A DNA stretch of 64,000 nucleotides, from the NCBI GenBank assembly GCA_907165135.1, contig OU015568.1, positions 13,764,001 through 13,828,000 of the forward strand, read 5' to 3'. The first letter of the stretch is position 1; each line of letters starts with the position of its first letter. Shown piece by piece: positions 46,915-58,477 of this stretch. The notes below the pieces were generated by a model. The model had not been told where the DNA came from. It ran no database searches and saw only the letters and a program-made list of their open reading frames with translations. The DNA is from Oikopleura dioica (lineage: Eukaryota; Animalia; Chordata). Made by a program: the position numbers and the translations under genes.

Positions 46915-48604
46915 AAAAGCCGCTGGTTCCAGATTTGAACGGGTCTGTAGGATGCTTACATGATCATGAAATTAAACTCATTAATCATCTAAAGCACCTT
47001 CCTTCAAGAGGCGACATCGGCGGTGGAGAAGAGTTTTTGGAGCCCTTCTTGAACTTCGGAGAAGGTGTTTTTTCATCCATCGAGCCCCTTCCGCGCTCGA
47101 TATACTCTCTTGGAGTAAGCTTGGTCGATTGAGCTTTTTTGGCTGTGGCCGGTTTTTTCTTTTTGCGATAACTTCCTTCGTCAAAAGAAAACATTCGATG
47201 TGTCTTAAGAGGAAAAGGTTTGTTAATCGTAAAATGTTGTGAAATCAAAAAGATCAAATTTCAATCAGTTGCAGTGAAAGTTTCAATTAAAACCACCGAA
47301 GACAGTAGAGAGCGGCAGTTATCAAATTCGTTTCGAATCTAGCGTTCGCCAAATTTGGCCTTGAGGTTGTCGACCACAAATGCGTATCGATCAATAGGCT
47401 TTGGCGAGTAATGAAGAGCGTCCAACGCCTCTCCAATAGTATTAGCCCCTAAAATATCAGTTAAAAAACGATCGCAAGTCAAAGCCCACCTTGAGTCTTT
47501 ATGAATTCCTCGTTGGACATGAAACCACCGAATGGAACGAGAACCCCTCGACCCTTGATGATTCGTGGAGTGCGGGCGGCAACCGGTGTTATATCCTGAG
47601 CAAGGAGTTCACTCACTCGCTGTGGCGGCGCCGGAGTTTTTGGTGAATTGAGTCGAAGGGGAGGCGGCGGTGTTTTCGCGGAAATGACCTCTTGTTCCAA
47701 AGCCCTATATTTCGACGGCGTTAGCTCGAAAGTGGCAGTGTAAGCACCCATCAAAATGGAAGTTGTCAATTTCGGAGGGTGCTTGACGATTGCTAAACAA
47801 AGTCAAGTTACGATTTTTTAATAAAAGACACTTACCTTTTGCAGCATTTGCAGTTTTCTGACCCCACAAGATCGCTTTTTTCTTACATCGTTTGACGATG
47901 TTACGCTTCTTTTTTTCGGGAGAGATTCGAGTCGCGTTGGGGGAGTAGCGCGGGGAGGAAACTCGCTTCCGTTTTCCAGCTAAACTTGTTAGTTCTAATC
48001 CTTGTGATGAAAAGTACCTCGAGTTTCGAAAACAACGGGCAATTTCGGTCGTGGCAGTGTTGCAAAAGGCGCGCCGCTAGCGGCCTTTTCTGCTTTAGCA
48101 AAAAGCGCTCTAAGCAAATAAAATGACAAATGGGCGCTTTTGAATAATTTACCTCGCGCTTTCATGCGCTACAGATTTGACTACATCCGGAACAGGCGCC
48201 TTTTTTAATCCAGTTTTTATCCAATTTGGAATTGGAGTTCCTGGCCGCACATTAGCCTTTTTCTTGCCCATTGCTGAAAATTACAGAATAAAAACGCGAA
48301 ACAATGAAAATGTAAAAGCTTCATTGACGTAACAGATCGAAATAACAGTCGGCCGAATAGAAGCAAAAGCGACAGTTCAGTCAAAAACTACTGAACTGTT
48401 GGAGTGTAGGCGAAGGGTTCATTAAAAGGGCAGTAATAATTTTAGATCATGATGGCATCAATAACGTAGAAAGGTGCAGTTAAATGAATTTAAGGGTGGG
48501 AAGCTGATAAGTTTCAATGTGAGCAGAGAAATTTTATGAAGCGTTAATTTAAATGCAGTTTAGGAATATCGAGATACACCAGTACTTAGTATTTCTGACG
48601 GCGC

Positions 48605-49666
48605 TTAAACTTCGTCGTCGTCGTTGATGGGGAGAGTGTACTCAACTAAAATTTATGTTTAGAGAAAATCAAACGAAACTGTTTTTACCTTCTGGAACTG
48701 AGCCCCAGAAATCGTCTCCGCTTCCAATGTCGTTCTCTCCGAATGGCTCGAGAATAGTAACTCCTAATGCGTGTAATAATTTCCATAAGCGTTTGAGATA
48801 TTTACCTGGATCGACAAAAAGGTCGGAGTCTTCGTTGATCTCAGCAAAGCCAGAACCAAAAGTGGTTGTCCGTCGAGAAGTTGTCACCGTCGCCATTGTA
48901 GTTGTCAGAGGCAAACTACCACCGCTTCCACCTCCACTGCCGTCGCTGCTGCCTCCGTTGTCCCCGCGGTGATTCTCGTCTTCGTCCTTGAGAAGAACCG
49001 CGCTGAGAAGATCGAGCAAGTCGCGGGCCAATTCCAACTCAATGTCCGCCGCACTTTTCACCTGTTGCCCGTTGACGGAGATGGTGTAGTGGTCAGCGTT
49101 ACAGACGGGGCGCTCGTTCGGTGTTTCCAACGAAATAGCCCAGCCATTATCGCGCGGATCGAAAGAGCAGGAGCAAAGGAAATCGGGTGTAGAAAGCGAT
49201 CGGCGGCGTCGATGCTGGTTTGACGGGCGACTCATCCCTCCAACGTCGTTGCCAAGGGTTGGCAAACACTGCTGGGCTGAAGCGAAAAGCACGTAGACAG
49301 CAACGCCGCAAAGTCCGCTAGCGAGCATCGAAACCAAAAGACACGCTAGGTCAAAGCGAGCAGCTCCGCCGCAGTTGTTGACCTAATGAAAAATTAAAAA
49401 AAAATTCGTTAAATTTCATTTAATACCCGCTTTGGAGATGGACGAGGAAGGGATCGACGGAAAGACGTAGCTTGGGGAGAAGATGGTGTAGCCGGCGCCT
49501 GGAAACGACCAGCGCCGATAGGCTCTGGAAGACAACCAGGCTGCGGAACGGGCTGCTGAGCGGTGACGAAACTTGTTGTTTCATACCCGAGTACAGCAGG
49601 CTCGCCTACTGGTCGGGCGTTACCTTCATTATGACCTTGATGGTCACTCGCTTTAGCAGCTTGCAT
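48605..49666 (-). CDS. Putative type II membrane protein with a furin-like RRRR site, 3 exons
   Basis: Introns at 49383-49426 (44 bp) and 48646-48688 (43 bp) join in frame. Pro-rich N-tail, TM LACLLVSMLASGLCGVAVYVLFA, then HRRRR|SL, a Cys-containing segment and a Gly/Ser/Thr linker. Confidence 0.65.
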
Positions 49667-50349
49667 CGAACTATTATTTACATAATTTCATATCTCTCAA
49701 TTCTTACTTACCGAAGCGGTACACTCGGTTTCGCGAAGGAAAAATCGTCAAGCGTTCTTGCGCTCGGGGTCGGGGAGAGACGTACGCTCGATGCTCGACT
49801 CGAACTCGCTGGCGGGAAAACGACAGATGCACGTGGAGTTCCCGGTTGGGAGCCATCATAAGCGAACATAAACTCTCTTACGCCAACGAGTCTGAAAAAA
49901 GGGAGGAACTATCATAAACGTAGGCCGGCGTCGATATCGGTTGTATTAGTTTGCGTGAGAAAAATTAATGTTGATAGCGGTCAGTAAGAAGAATTTTCTC
50001 TCCGATTTTAACTTCCTTCTCTTATTCATAAATTCATTCTTCGCGCTGATTTGATAAGCAGATTTTCCCATGTGCGCACAAAAAACCTCCACAATTTTGA
50101 AAATCAAATTCTCGAAATGAAACACTGCACTTCTGGAAATGATTTTCGCCGCTCGCCGACTGATCACGCCACGCTCCCGCTCACGCTTTTTTCTTTTCTA
50201 GATTGCTCACATTAACGAATTATCAAACATTTTCACTCAAGCCGCATTTTTCAAACCGCAAGTTAAAATTAATAGATTAGACGTAACTGAATAATAAAGA
50301 AGTTTTTATTTGACAGCTGAAAATTCTGAGAGAATTGAAAAGTAAATTT

Positions 50350-51232
50350 TCAAGGTTCGAGCGCGTACGCAGGAAGTTCATCGTGCTCGGGCTCTCGGTC
50401 TGGATCAGTCTTCTTGAGATCCGCGATTCCGAACTGGATGTTTCCAACTGGAAGCAGATGGGATTCGCTTTCGATAATCACCCCAAATTCGCCCCGCTTT
50501 AACTCGTTTTCCAGCTCTTCCATTTCGTGGGCTCGATTTCGGAAGAGTTTATCCAAAATACGAAGCATTCGACCAATGTCGTCGCCACTGCCCTCGTACA
50601 CTAAATTTTTATAAATAGAAAACAATTTAAAAACTTACATGACTCGTTGAACTTGAGCCACCCGTGGCTCGTGCTGCAGAATCGGGCGTACACAGGGCGA
50701 AAAAACCAACGGCCAACGTCGCCGGCTTTTCCACTCGCGTAACGAATGACTTCTGCAGGATTGTTTCGGCTTTTCTTCTTGATGAGGCCCTTGTACAGGA
50801 TTGCGTGCTTGGCACGTCGTGGCCCTACATCCTCAATAAAAGCCTGGTCGAGCTCGCCACCGTCCGAGGACTCATCCGTATCAAAATATAGTTGCCGATA
50901 AGCACGAGACGGTTGCGCAGCTTCAATGGGAAGACGGTTTTCTCCACCGACGATAGTGTCTTCTAGAGCAGAATCGTTAGCGGCGACGGTTTGATTTCCT
51001 ACGAAGAAGGAATCGAGAGGGTCCAAACTGTGCACCTCAAGGTATTCTCGAGGGGAGAGAGGGGAGATTCAGGTGGAAGACCGCGGTACGGTTTAGGTGG
51101 GGTTTTTGGCGTGCGGTCTCGGTGTTGCGGCTGCTGCTCTTTCGCTGCGCTTGCTGTAATATTTTTATAAAAGCACGTTTTTCTCGAATTCATACCTTCT
51201 TCCGGGCCATCACGCAAGATAAAAACGACCAC
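50350..51232 (-). CDS. Spliced hypothetical protein
   Basis: ORF 50601-51035 ends at a GTAAGT donor with a short AT-rich intron before the frame of 50350-50625. 5' end unresolved. Confidence 0.5.
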
Positions 51233-51943
51233 AAGTGTCTTGTTTCGCGGCTGTCAAACACAAAACTGAACAAAGCGTCGATCTACGGCTGCTTTTATAG
51301 ATTTGCCTGAGAAAAACACTGCTTTCTAGAGAAATTTTAACGCGTTTTGCAAAGATAAGTTTAAACAACTAGAAATTTTTTGTTTGAGTTGTATTGACAA
51401 AACAGTAAAAAAATAAAAGTTGAAATAGAAAGAGTTTTAACTGATCCCTACAACAGTAACTGTTCATAATTCAACTAAGCGAAATTGAGGTTTTCTTGGC
51501 GGCCTAGCTGATAGGTCGAAGCTGATCTTATAAAAATGAAATTGTCAAAACTGATACTAATACTACTGAAGTCGAAGATTATTCACGGATACATTTCACA
51601 ATTTTACACACTGGCTGTAAATGAAAGTAAATTTAGTTGTAGAGTAGATTCGAGCGTTGTTTACTAAAATAGCGAGAAACATTGTTACGATTACTGGCTA
51701 GACATTCTCCTGACTTAATATTTAACCTGTAATCAAAAAGGAAAACCAAAATGAAATTGCAATGTGCACCAGATAGTTCAATTAAATTTAGCACCAATTT
51801 GTTCACTGAAAATGAGCAACTGAAAAACTATAATGAAAATGAAATAAAAATGTTTTAACAAAAAAATAAAAAAAAATAGCAGAAATCAACAAGGACTTTA
51901 TGCTTTTGGCAAGTAATTTACCAAAAATTATATTTTCGATTCT

Positions 51944-53305
51944 TCATTCTAATGACTCTTCATTCTCCGATGTGTCGTTTTCCTCCATCTGTTTCAATTG
52001 AGCGGAAATGACTTTGCCGATAAAAGAACACGGATGAGTAGGAAGACTTTCACCATAGATTTCGTAGTCATGTTTGTTACCACCGTCGTTTCCCACCGAT
52101 GATGAAGTAGATCCTCTTGTCCGCTCCCTGCACTCCTGCAAATAACTCTTTCGAAACAGTTCGTCAAATATCGCACCATCTTTTCCAGCAAAAAGAGCAG
52201 CGCGCTTACAATCGTTGATATCCTTTAGTTTAAGAGGGATCCCACATTTCACCTTGTATTCGGCTTCGGTTTTGCACAAAACGTACAATATTTTACAAGA
52301 AGCAGTTCCAACGGGGTCCTTGTCTTTGATTGTTTTCAACATGTTGTGAAATTCAAAAGTCCGTCGAGAACAGTTGGCTTCAGGCTTTTCATTGTCGGCA
52401 ATTTTCAAACCTTCGAAAGCTCCAGAAATAACATCCTCTTTATCATTTAGAATGGGATTATCTACTGATAAAGAAGACGCGGACTCGGAGTTCGGAATCG
52501 TTGATGATTGCAGTCCAGGCGCGAGGGAATTGCCGTCGTCGTCTAACTTGCGTTTGCGATGGGCCCCATCTGAGCACATTAAATAGTCTCCATCCGCAGC
52601 TCCAGCAGAGTAGAACTGCTCAACAAGCAGCAAAAGACGTGCGCAAGAAAGGTTCAATTCGTGAGAAAGCGCGTCAAAGATAGCTAGAAATAGGTAAGTG
52701 ATTAATTGAACGAAAGCACCTTGCTCATTCTGAAGAGCTAGATCCGCCGCCGCAAAGTCGTCAAACTGCTTCATTTCCTCGCGCTTTCCTAAAAAAACTC
52801 GCTGAAGAATGGCAATACACTTTTTGCCATCATTAAGCGAGTAGTGCATAAAGTAAAGTTGCCAGGTAAGCTCGCTGAATATATTTCAATTTTCAGCGCA
52901 AGAAAAAATTGCGCCCTCATCGATCAACGAAAGCGCGCCTGATCAAGAGCGTATTTAATTCTCATCAGCGCCATACTTGACGAGAATGGGTAAATATGAT
53001 TGAGCTTTGAGAAAGTGACAAAAAGCTCTGCATTGCCTTGCTTGACAACGTTTTTACTCAATATAGGCAAGGGTTGGAGCTATCTTGTCAAGTTCACAAA
53101 CGACAATATTATGAAATACATTCCCCTGTGTCCAGTGATATAATTCTAAATAATACTGAACACGGGGAATGATTAAATATAATTGAACACTCGACTTACC
53201 CGCTTCAGCTAAAACATTCCATAAGGGCAAACTTGCCCAAGCCGTAGAAAGTGATTCAAGTCGCTGAGCAAAATTCTCGTGCTCCTTTTTCGACGACATA
53301 ATCAA
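51944..53305 (-). CDS. Hypothetical protein (301-aa exon plus probable upstream exon)
   Basis: ORFs 51944-52849 (with an RKRK NLS-like motif) and 53054-53305; the junction is unresolved. Confidence 0.5.
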
Positions 53306-53443
53306 ATTGTCGCGATATTCTATAAATTCCTTCTTTTTAAAATCGATTCCTAAAAGAGAGCTCCCCTAACAGCTCCATTTAGTGGCATCAAGTGCGCCAA
53401 TGTAAAGTAGAATAAAAACATCGGTAAAGTAGAGTGTTGAACA

Positions 53444-53947
53444 TAAAATGAATAATGAGCTCGAGAAAAATAAAATGACTCGGTATATAAAAACGTTTAT
53501 TTTTATAATGATTTTTAGCGACAACAAGTCTACCGGCTTGATCTTCCTCCTTTGAACCTGCAAAGATGAAAAGAAAACTACTCAGAAACTTTAATAAATG
53601 AATCGTAAAATGAACCTTCAATTCTTGCGTCGAATATTTTCTCACGAACGTGTTCTGTAGTAAATTATTAAAATGCTGTCAAAACCAGATAAACTCCATA
53701 ATGATTTCTTTATACCTAAATTAAATGAAACGTTAATCCATTCACCTGTTTCCTCCTTAATATCCCAGATAACTATAATAAATGAAACGTAAAAGTAAGT
53801 CATTACATCCTATTGACAACGATGAAAACGTGTGAATACTTAAATAAAATGATCCATAAATAAGGAACTTGACTATAAATTCTCGGATGAGATAAAATGA
53901 AGCTAAAATTGTACAACCCGAAACACTGTGGATAAACTCATAAAATG
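53444..53947 (+). repeat. Second array of TAAA(A)TG motifs (~9 copies) with unique spacers
   Basis: The motif ATG falls at 53448, 53475, 53610, 53673, 53725, 53782, 53849, 53897 and 53945. Same strand as the left array. Confidence 0.7.
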
Positions 53948-54052
53948 AAACCAAAAAAAAACTGATTTTCTTCTATTCGTAAAATTCGAATAAATACTGT
54001 ATTAATCTATATAAGCGGCTGATTCTTTTGTTTCCGTCAGACATAAAAAAAC

Positions 54053-54311
54053 ATGAAGAGAGGTAAGAGCTTATTTTGGAATTTATTTTTAACGCTTAGG
54101 CCGAAACGGAGAGTTTAAACTCGGGCTCAGAGAAAATACACTGAAAGCCTTTAACATTCCAATAATAGATGATTCTGTTTTTGAGGATTTAGCCAGACGA
54201 CTACGCCAGTTTCATATTAACTGGCGTTTGGACGAATCATCAGACGAAGAAATAGAAAACATGGATTACTTTGTTAACAACGCCACATCTACCAGTATGG
54301 ATTGGAAATAA
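54053..54311 (+). CDS. Small spliced acidic protein, 73 aa (not in the ORF track)
   Basis: TATATAA at ~54008 and ATG at 54053. A 37-bp GTAAGA..TTAG intron at 54063-54099 gives an open frame MKRGRNGEFKLG..ESSDEEIE..DWK*. Confidence 0.6.
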
Positions 54312-54568
54312 ATTTGAATAAACATTGAAAACCCATTTATCATCGACAACTGAAAGCAAAATAAATAAATAGAAGAGAGAGGTTTAAAATTAACTGTAGC
54401 TTATAAAACATTTTCTTTAAAATGAAAACAGTTTTCTTTAAATCATCTGAATCCACTTTGCCAATGAAATAAATACGACAAAATAAAATTTTATCTTTGT
54501 ATTTTTAAATTAAAGAGAAGGGAAACAAGAAAGAATACATATTAGAGCAGAATGGCAGTGAGTGTTTT

Positions 54569-54922
54569 TTAGTAGTAACGAGAAGCGCTACGGTAGCGGA
54601 CAGAGTAGGATCTTCGGATGGTGGCATACTTCAGTGTTTCGTCAGAGAACTGGGAGTGCATTGGAGGCTCTTCTTTCGTAGTCATCGCAGCTAATCCGAC
54701 AGATTTTGGGTAGGGTGGTGGCGGGCAATGAAGGACTGAGTTGACAGAAGCTTTTGTCATGGCGCCGAGATTGGTCTTGGTATTTGTATCGATCCAAAGA
54801 GCTCTCTGGTTAATTTCCTTGATTGGGTATTGATACGAGACGAATTGTTTCTTGAAGAAGCTGACCATCTTTTTCGCGACTCCCTTTTTCTTTGGCTTAA
54901 CTTGCTCGATTGGTACAATCAT
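54569..54922 (-). CDS. Small basic hypothetical protein, 117 aa
   Basis: ATG-initiated ORF; no domain recognised. Confidence 0.45.
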   Translation of the reverse strand: MIVPIEQVKPKKKGVAKKMVSFFKKQFVSYQYPIKEINQRALWIDTNTKTNLGAMTKASVNSVLHCPPPPYPKSVGLAAMTTKEEPPMHSQFSDETLKYATIRRSYSVRYRSASRYY

Positions 54923-55251
54923 GTTGCTGTGTTTGATACCTGTTGCAAGAAAGTAGTGGTTTTATATGGACTCTGGAGCTGAGTGCGCCAACTAGGTGCC
55001 TCAGAAGGATCAAACGAGCCGCCAACAAGTACTGCCGAAAGATAAATCACACCGCCATAAAACAATAACAATATCCGGCGATATCAGTTGTGCTTTCCCA
55101 AGATCGCACTTGATTTTGATAGATAAACAAGGTGCGAATAAATCTGATGTTATTTCAACTGTAAAATTGGAGATACACAAATTGATATTCAATTTGTCGG
55201 AACTAATTAAGATTCTAGATCAAACCAAGAGCAGCTGACAACTCTCGCTCA

Positions 55252-55485
55252 ATGAACATCTGCGCTATAAAAAGGTTGACCCTGGCTCCAAAATTTCATA
55301 AAACAAAAAATCAAATTTTCGAAAAAGCAAAAATGAATTTTTTCATCTTCGCCCTCGCTCTTCTCGTCCTCTTCTACATCTTCGCCATCGTTTGCGCTTT
55401 TGGCCTCCTCGCTGCTACCTGCTTTGTAATTGTCAAGTTCAACTTATTTTTTGCCAGCCTTATTCCTGCTTCTTTTGGAAAATAA
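55252..55485 (+). CDS. Small hydrophobic protein (1-2 TM)
   Basis: MNFFIFALALLVLFYIFAIVCAFGLLAATCFVIV from an internal ATG at ~55333, with a TATAAAA at ~55266. Confidence 0.45.
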   Translation: MNICAIKRLTLAPKFHKTKNQIFEKAKMNFFIFALALLVLFYIFAIVCAFGLLAATCFVIVKFNLFFASLIPASFGK

Positions 55486-55663
55486 ATTGTAAAAAAAAAT
55501 AAGATGTCCTTTTTAGAATTCTTCAAAAAAAATATAGAAACATTTTTAAAATATTCTCACACCCAATATCATTACGCAAATAATTCAGGCTGAGCTTCAT
55601 TTGTTCAAATATATTAGGTTTTATTGAATGATAGGAGGGTTTAGGCAGTGAAAGGGATTACGG

Positions 55664-56388
55664 TGTTTGGCTAGTGAGAAAAAGATTGAGCGCCCAGCAG
55701 ATAATTCAGCAGCGGCAGCAGCGTGATAAGAAGTCGTCGTTGTTGTTGACGCGGCGCGGGGCGGGCGGGCAGAGCTAAAAATCAATGGTGAGAAAGAATG
55801 TTCGAGAGAATCGATGGATAGAATGTTCTAGAGGAAGATGACTAACCGGAAGAAAGAGCGGAGGCGGGGGGAAGGCGAGTTAATCCTTGAGCGTGGATCT
55901 GCGCTCCGAATGGCGCGCTGGGATTGGAGCGCTGGTCGGTGCAGCGAAGAGAAGCGGGGCATAAGCACAAGTTAGCGTATTTTCTTTTTCTAAACGTAGC
56001 TTTGTTAGGGTTAGAGATAAGTTAAGAGTAAGGGGATAGCATAAAAACGTTCAGTAGCGTTAGAAATGGGGGATAGTGCGTTTAAAATAATTTTTTTTAT
56101 TTAATAGGCGAAATAGTAGTGACTGACCATTAGAAAAGCGCTACAGTGGAGTGGACTGAAAATCACGCCGCCCTATAGTGTAAGATGGTGCATGCATGTA
56201 ATGCATGTGCATCTGCACTTTGGTGGTGGTGTTAATGCTCTCATTTTGGTGTCTGATGACTGGCAAGAAGGCCCTGAGGGGCCTTCACCCCGCACTGAGC
56301 CATGCGTACCATGGTTCAGTGCTCCACTGCTCTCTACCAATCGACTCCCAGAAAAATTATCAAATGGTCAGTCACTACTATAACTACT
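55664..56388 (-). repeat. Right terminal inverted repeat of the Maverick (725 bp)
   Basis: Reverse complement of 14852-15575; ends ACTACT and is followed by the TSD ATCCTC. Confidence 0.95.
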
Positions 56389-56541
56389 ATCCTCTCTCCA
56401 GGACCCTTCAATCTGATACGAAGCTGTTGCTAAACCCCATAAAAAATCATCTGGAAAAGGAGATGTTTCTAGTTTCTCTAAAGGTTTATTGCAAGGGTCT
56501 GCGTAAAAAACCGCAAAAAATACTAAAAATATATTTTTCAT
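56389..56541 (-). CDS. GH1 beta-glucosidase, 5' portion (signal peptide and FPDDFLWG motif), separated from the rest by the Maverick
   Basis: MKNIFLVFFAVFYA..FPDDFLWGLATASYQIEGSWRED; it continues in frame at 14845 once the insertion and one TSD are removed. Confidence 0.95.
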
Positions 56542-57052
56542 TTTACAAAAAAAAAAGAGAAACAGAAAACTCAATAGTGATTTCAGATTATTTGCTTTTG
56601 GAGGGTCCCGAGTAAATGTTTTACGTAATGTGCCAAGTTGCGTAAAAAATTATCATAAAAATGAAAATTTTAATACCACCAAGATTCTCCATCATATAAT
56701 AAACTCTGTCTGTGCTTGAAAAGTCGGGCCCATAAGGGATTGAACTTCAATCATTGAAGATTGATTTACGGTCAAAGAAAAGTCGAATTCCAGTTCATGT
56801 GGAGCTAAAGATGATCGCGCCCAAGTTAAACGAGAATCAGCTAATTTTCGTCGCTGAACGTGGTCAGAAAGAAAACGACAAGTGGCAGGAAATTGTGGTC
56901 GAGATCGTCGATACTTCTACGGTACTATTGACTGAGAAATGCGATTTTCGTCCATTGTTTTCTTGACATATTTTACGGAATACAAGCAGATGCATCATAA
57001 GCTACAATTAACATAATTTTGCTATATATGCCGAATAGAACCAGCTTCCTTC

Positions 57053-57170
57053 GCTTAGCGTCATACCGCGTAGAATAAACCAGTTCTCGTCCGATCACTG
57101 AAGTCAAACTACGACGGGCGGGGTTAGTACTTACATGGGTGACCGGTTGGGAATACCTCGTGCGCTAAGC
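57053..57170 (+). rRNA. 5S rRNA
   Basis: Terminal stem GCTTAGCG/CGCTAAGC, conserved CTCGTCCGATC, GGTTAGTACTT and GGGAATACC blocks, followed by a T-run Pol III terminator. Confidence 0.95.
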
Positions 57171-57422
57171 ATTTTTGAATTTTTTTAATGCATCCATTTA
57201 CGCAGAGAACGCTTTCGCATTGTATTGTTGATGAATCAAGTCATCAGTCATCGAAAAAAATCCGAATGTTTGAGTAAAGCAAGCATTGAGCGTTGAGCTT
57301 GCCTGGCGGGCGGCGTGGCAGATGTGAAAAAGCGCCCTCTACCGCGCGCTTTTCTGAAAAGAGGCCGAAAATAGGAGCGTGCAGCGACAAAACGACCTCG
57401 AAATCAAGCACCCCTTTTCGTT

Positions 57423-57510
57423 ACTCATCCCATTTTTGAGTCCGATTTCGATTGTCTAACAGGTAAGAATCGTCTCCAAGCCTTCTCTCTCCTATCCCTC
57501 TCGCCTCTTA
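57423..57510 (+). ncRNA. Spliced-leader (SL) RNA gene; 40-nt exon at 57423-57462 (3' end approximate)
   Basis: ACTCATCCCATTTTTGAGTCCGATTTCGATTGTCTAACAG followed by the donor GTAAGA. Matches the Oikopleura dioica leader as I recall it, and is linked to 5S. Confidence 0.88.
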
Positions 57511-58477
57511 CAAACGCTAAATCTTGTCCAAATCAAAGACTGCTCTACCTGGAGCTGCTAGAGTCTTAGTGACGCGCTTTTTTTAAGGTTCTGGAAGTTC
57601 TGAAAAAATTGGCCCGTCAAGGTCACGTTACCGGATGGTCAAGGGTAAGGCACGTGTCAGTTCCGCTCACTAATTGGTTTCCGCCACGTGTTGAAAATCT
57701 AACCGCATTGATTTAAGTCAAAGATATTTTTGCAGGAAAGCCCATTCGCAGGAATCAATTTTAGAGAGCAACATGAAAATTAAACGAGAGATCCGTGTGT
57801 AGATAAATATACTCATAAGTACTTAATTAATCAAAGGGAAACTGTCGCAAAAAAAGAACCTCATGAAGAAACTTCTAAACAGAGATTAAATCCCAAACCG
57901 ATACTCAGGGCAGTGGCTTCCTTCAATTGAGTGGCTAATCTTGAAGGATCTTTCTCTTGAATTGCTTGGTTCTCATCATCGTCTCTTCTCGGAAAAAATT
58001 GATGTTCGAACGTAAGAGAGTATTTGTCCACGGAGTATAACGATGTTCAGTCTTCTATGACTATTGCAACAATCAAGAAACGTGGCCGTCAAGGGCGTCA
58101 TCTTGGCGAATTATTTTTTAATGAAACTCCCCGTAATTCGGAAGATTATGAAGAATTTGAGGCTATGTTAAATAATTGATTTAAAATTTTTGCTAATAAG
58201 ATTAAAGACTTCTTGCTAATCAGTTGAATTCGACGGTGAATGAAAACGGACCCGCCCCTCCAAATCTCTCGTTTTCTCTTGTTCCTCCTATGTCTGACCT
58301 TGGAGCAAATGTCTCTTCCTTGATTTCACAAATGCCAAGTTTCGTTAGATCGACCCGGAAGTTCAAATACTACCCGATTCTCGGGAGGAAAAAACTCGTC
58401 AAATTGCTCTGAATCTGGTAAAACCAAATGTAAATTGAATTTTTAAAAATATTAAAACGTAAATGTTAAAACAATCT

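Larger units (their letters stand above)
14852..56388. mobile_element. Maverick/Polinton (endogenous polinton-like virus), 41,537 bp, both ends present
   Basis: Termini AGTAGTTATAGTAGT...ACTACTATAACTACT, 6-bp TSD ATCCTC (14846-14851 and 56389-56394), ~724-bp TIRs, and pPolB, rve integrase, packaging ATPase and DJR capsid genes inside. Confidence 0.97.
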
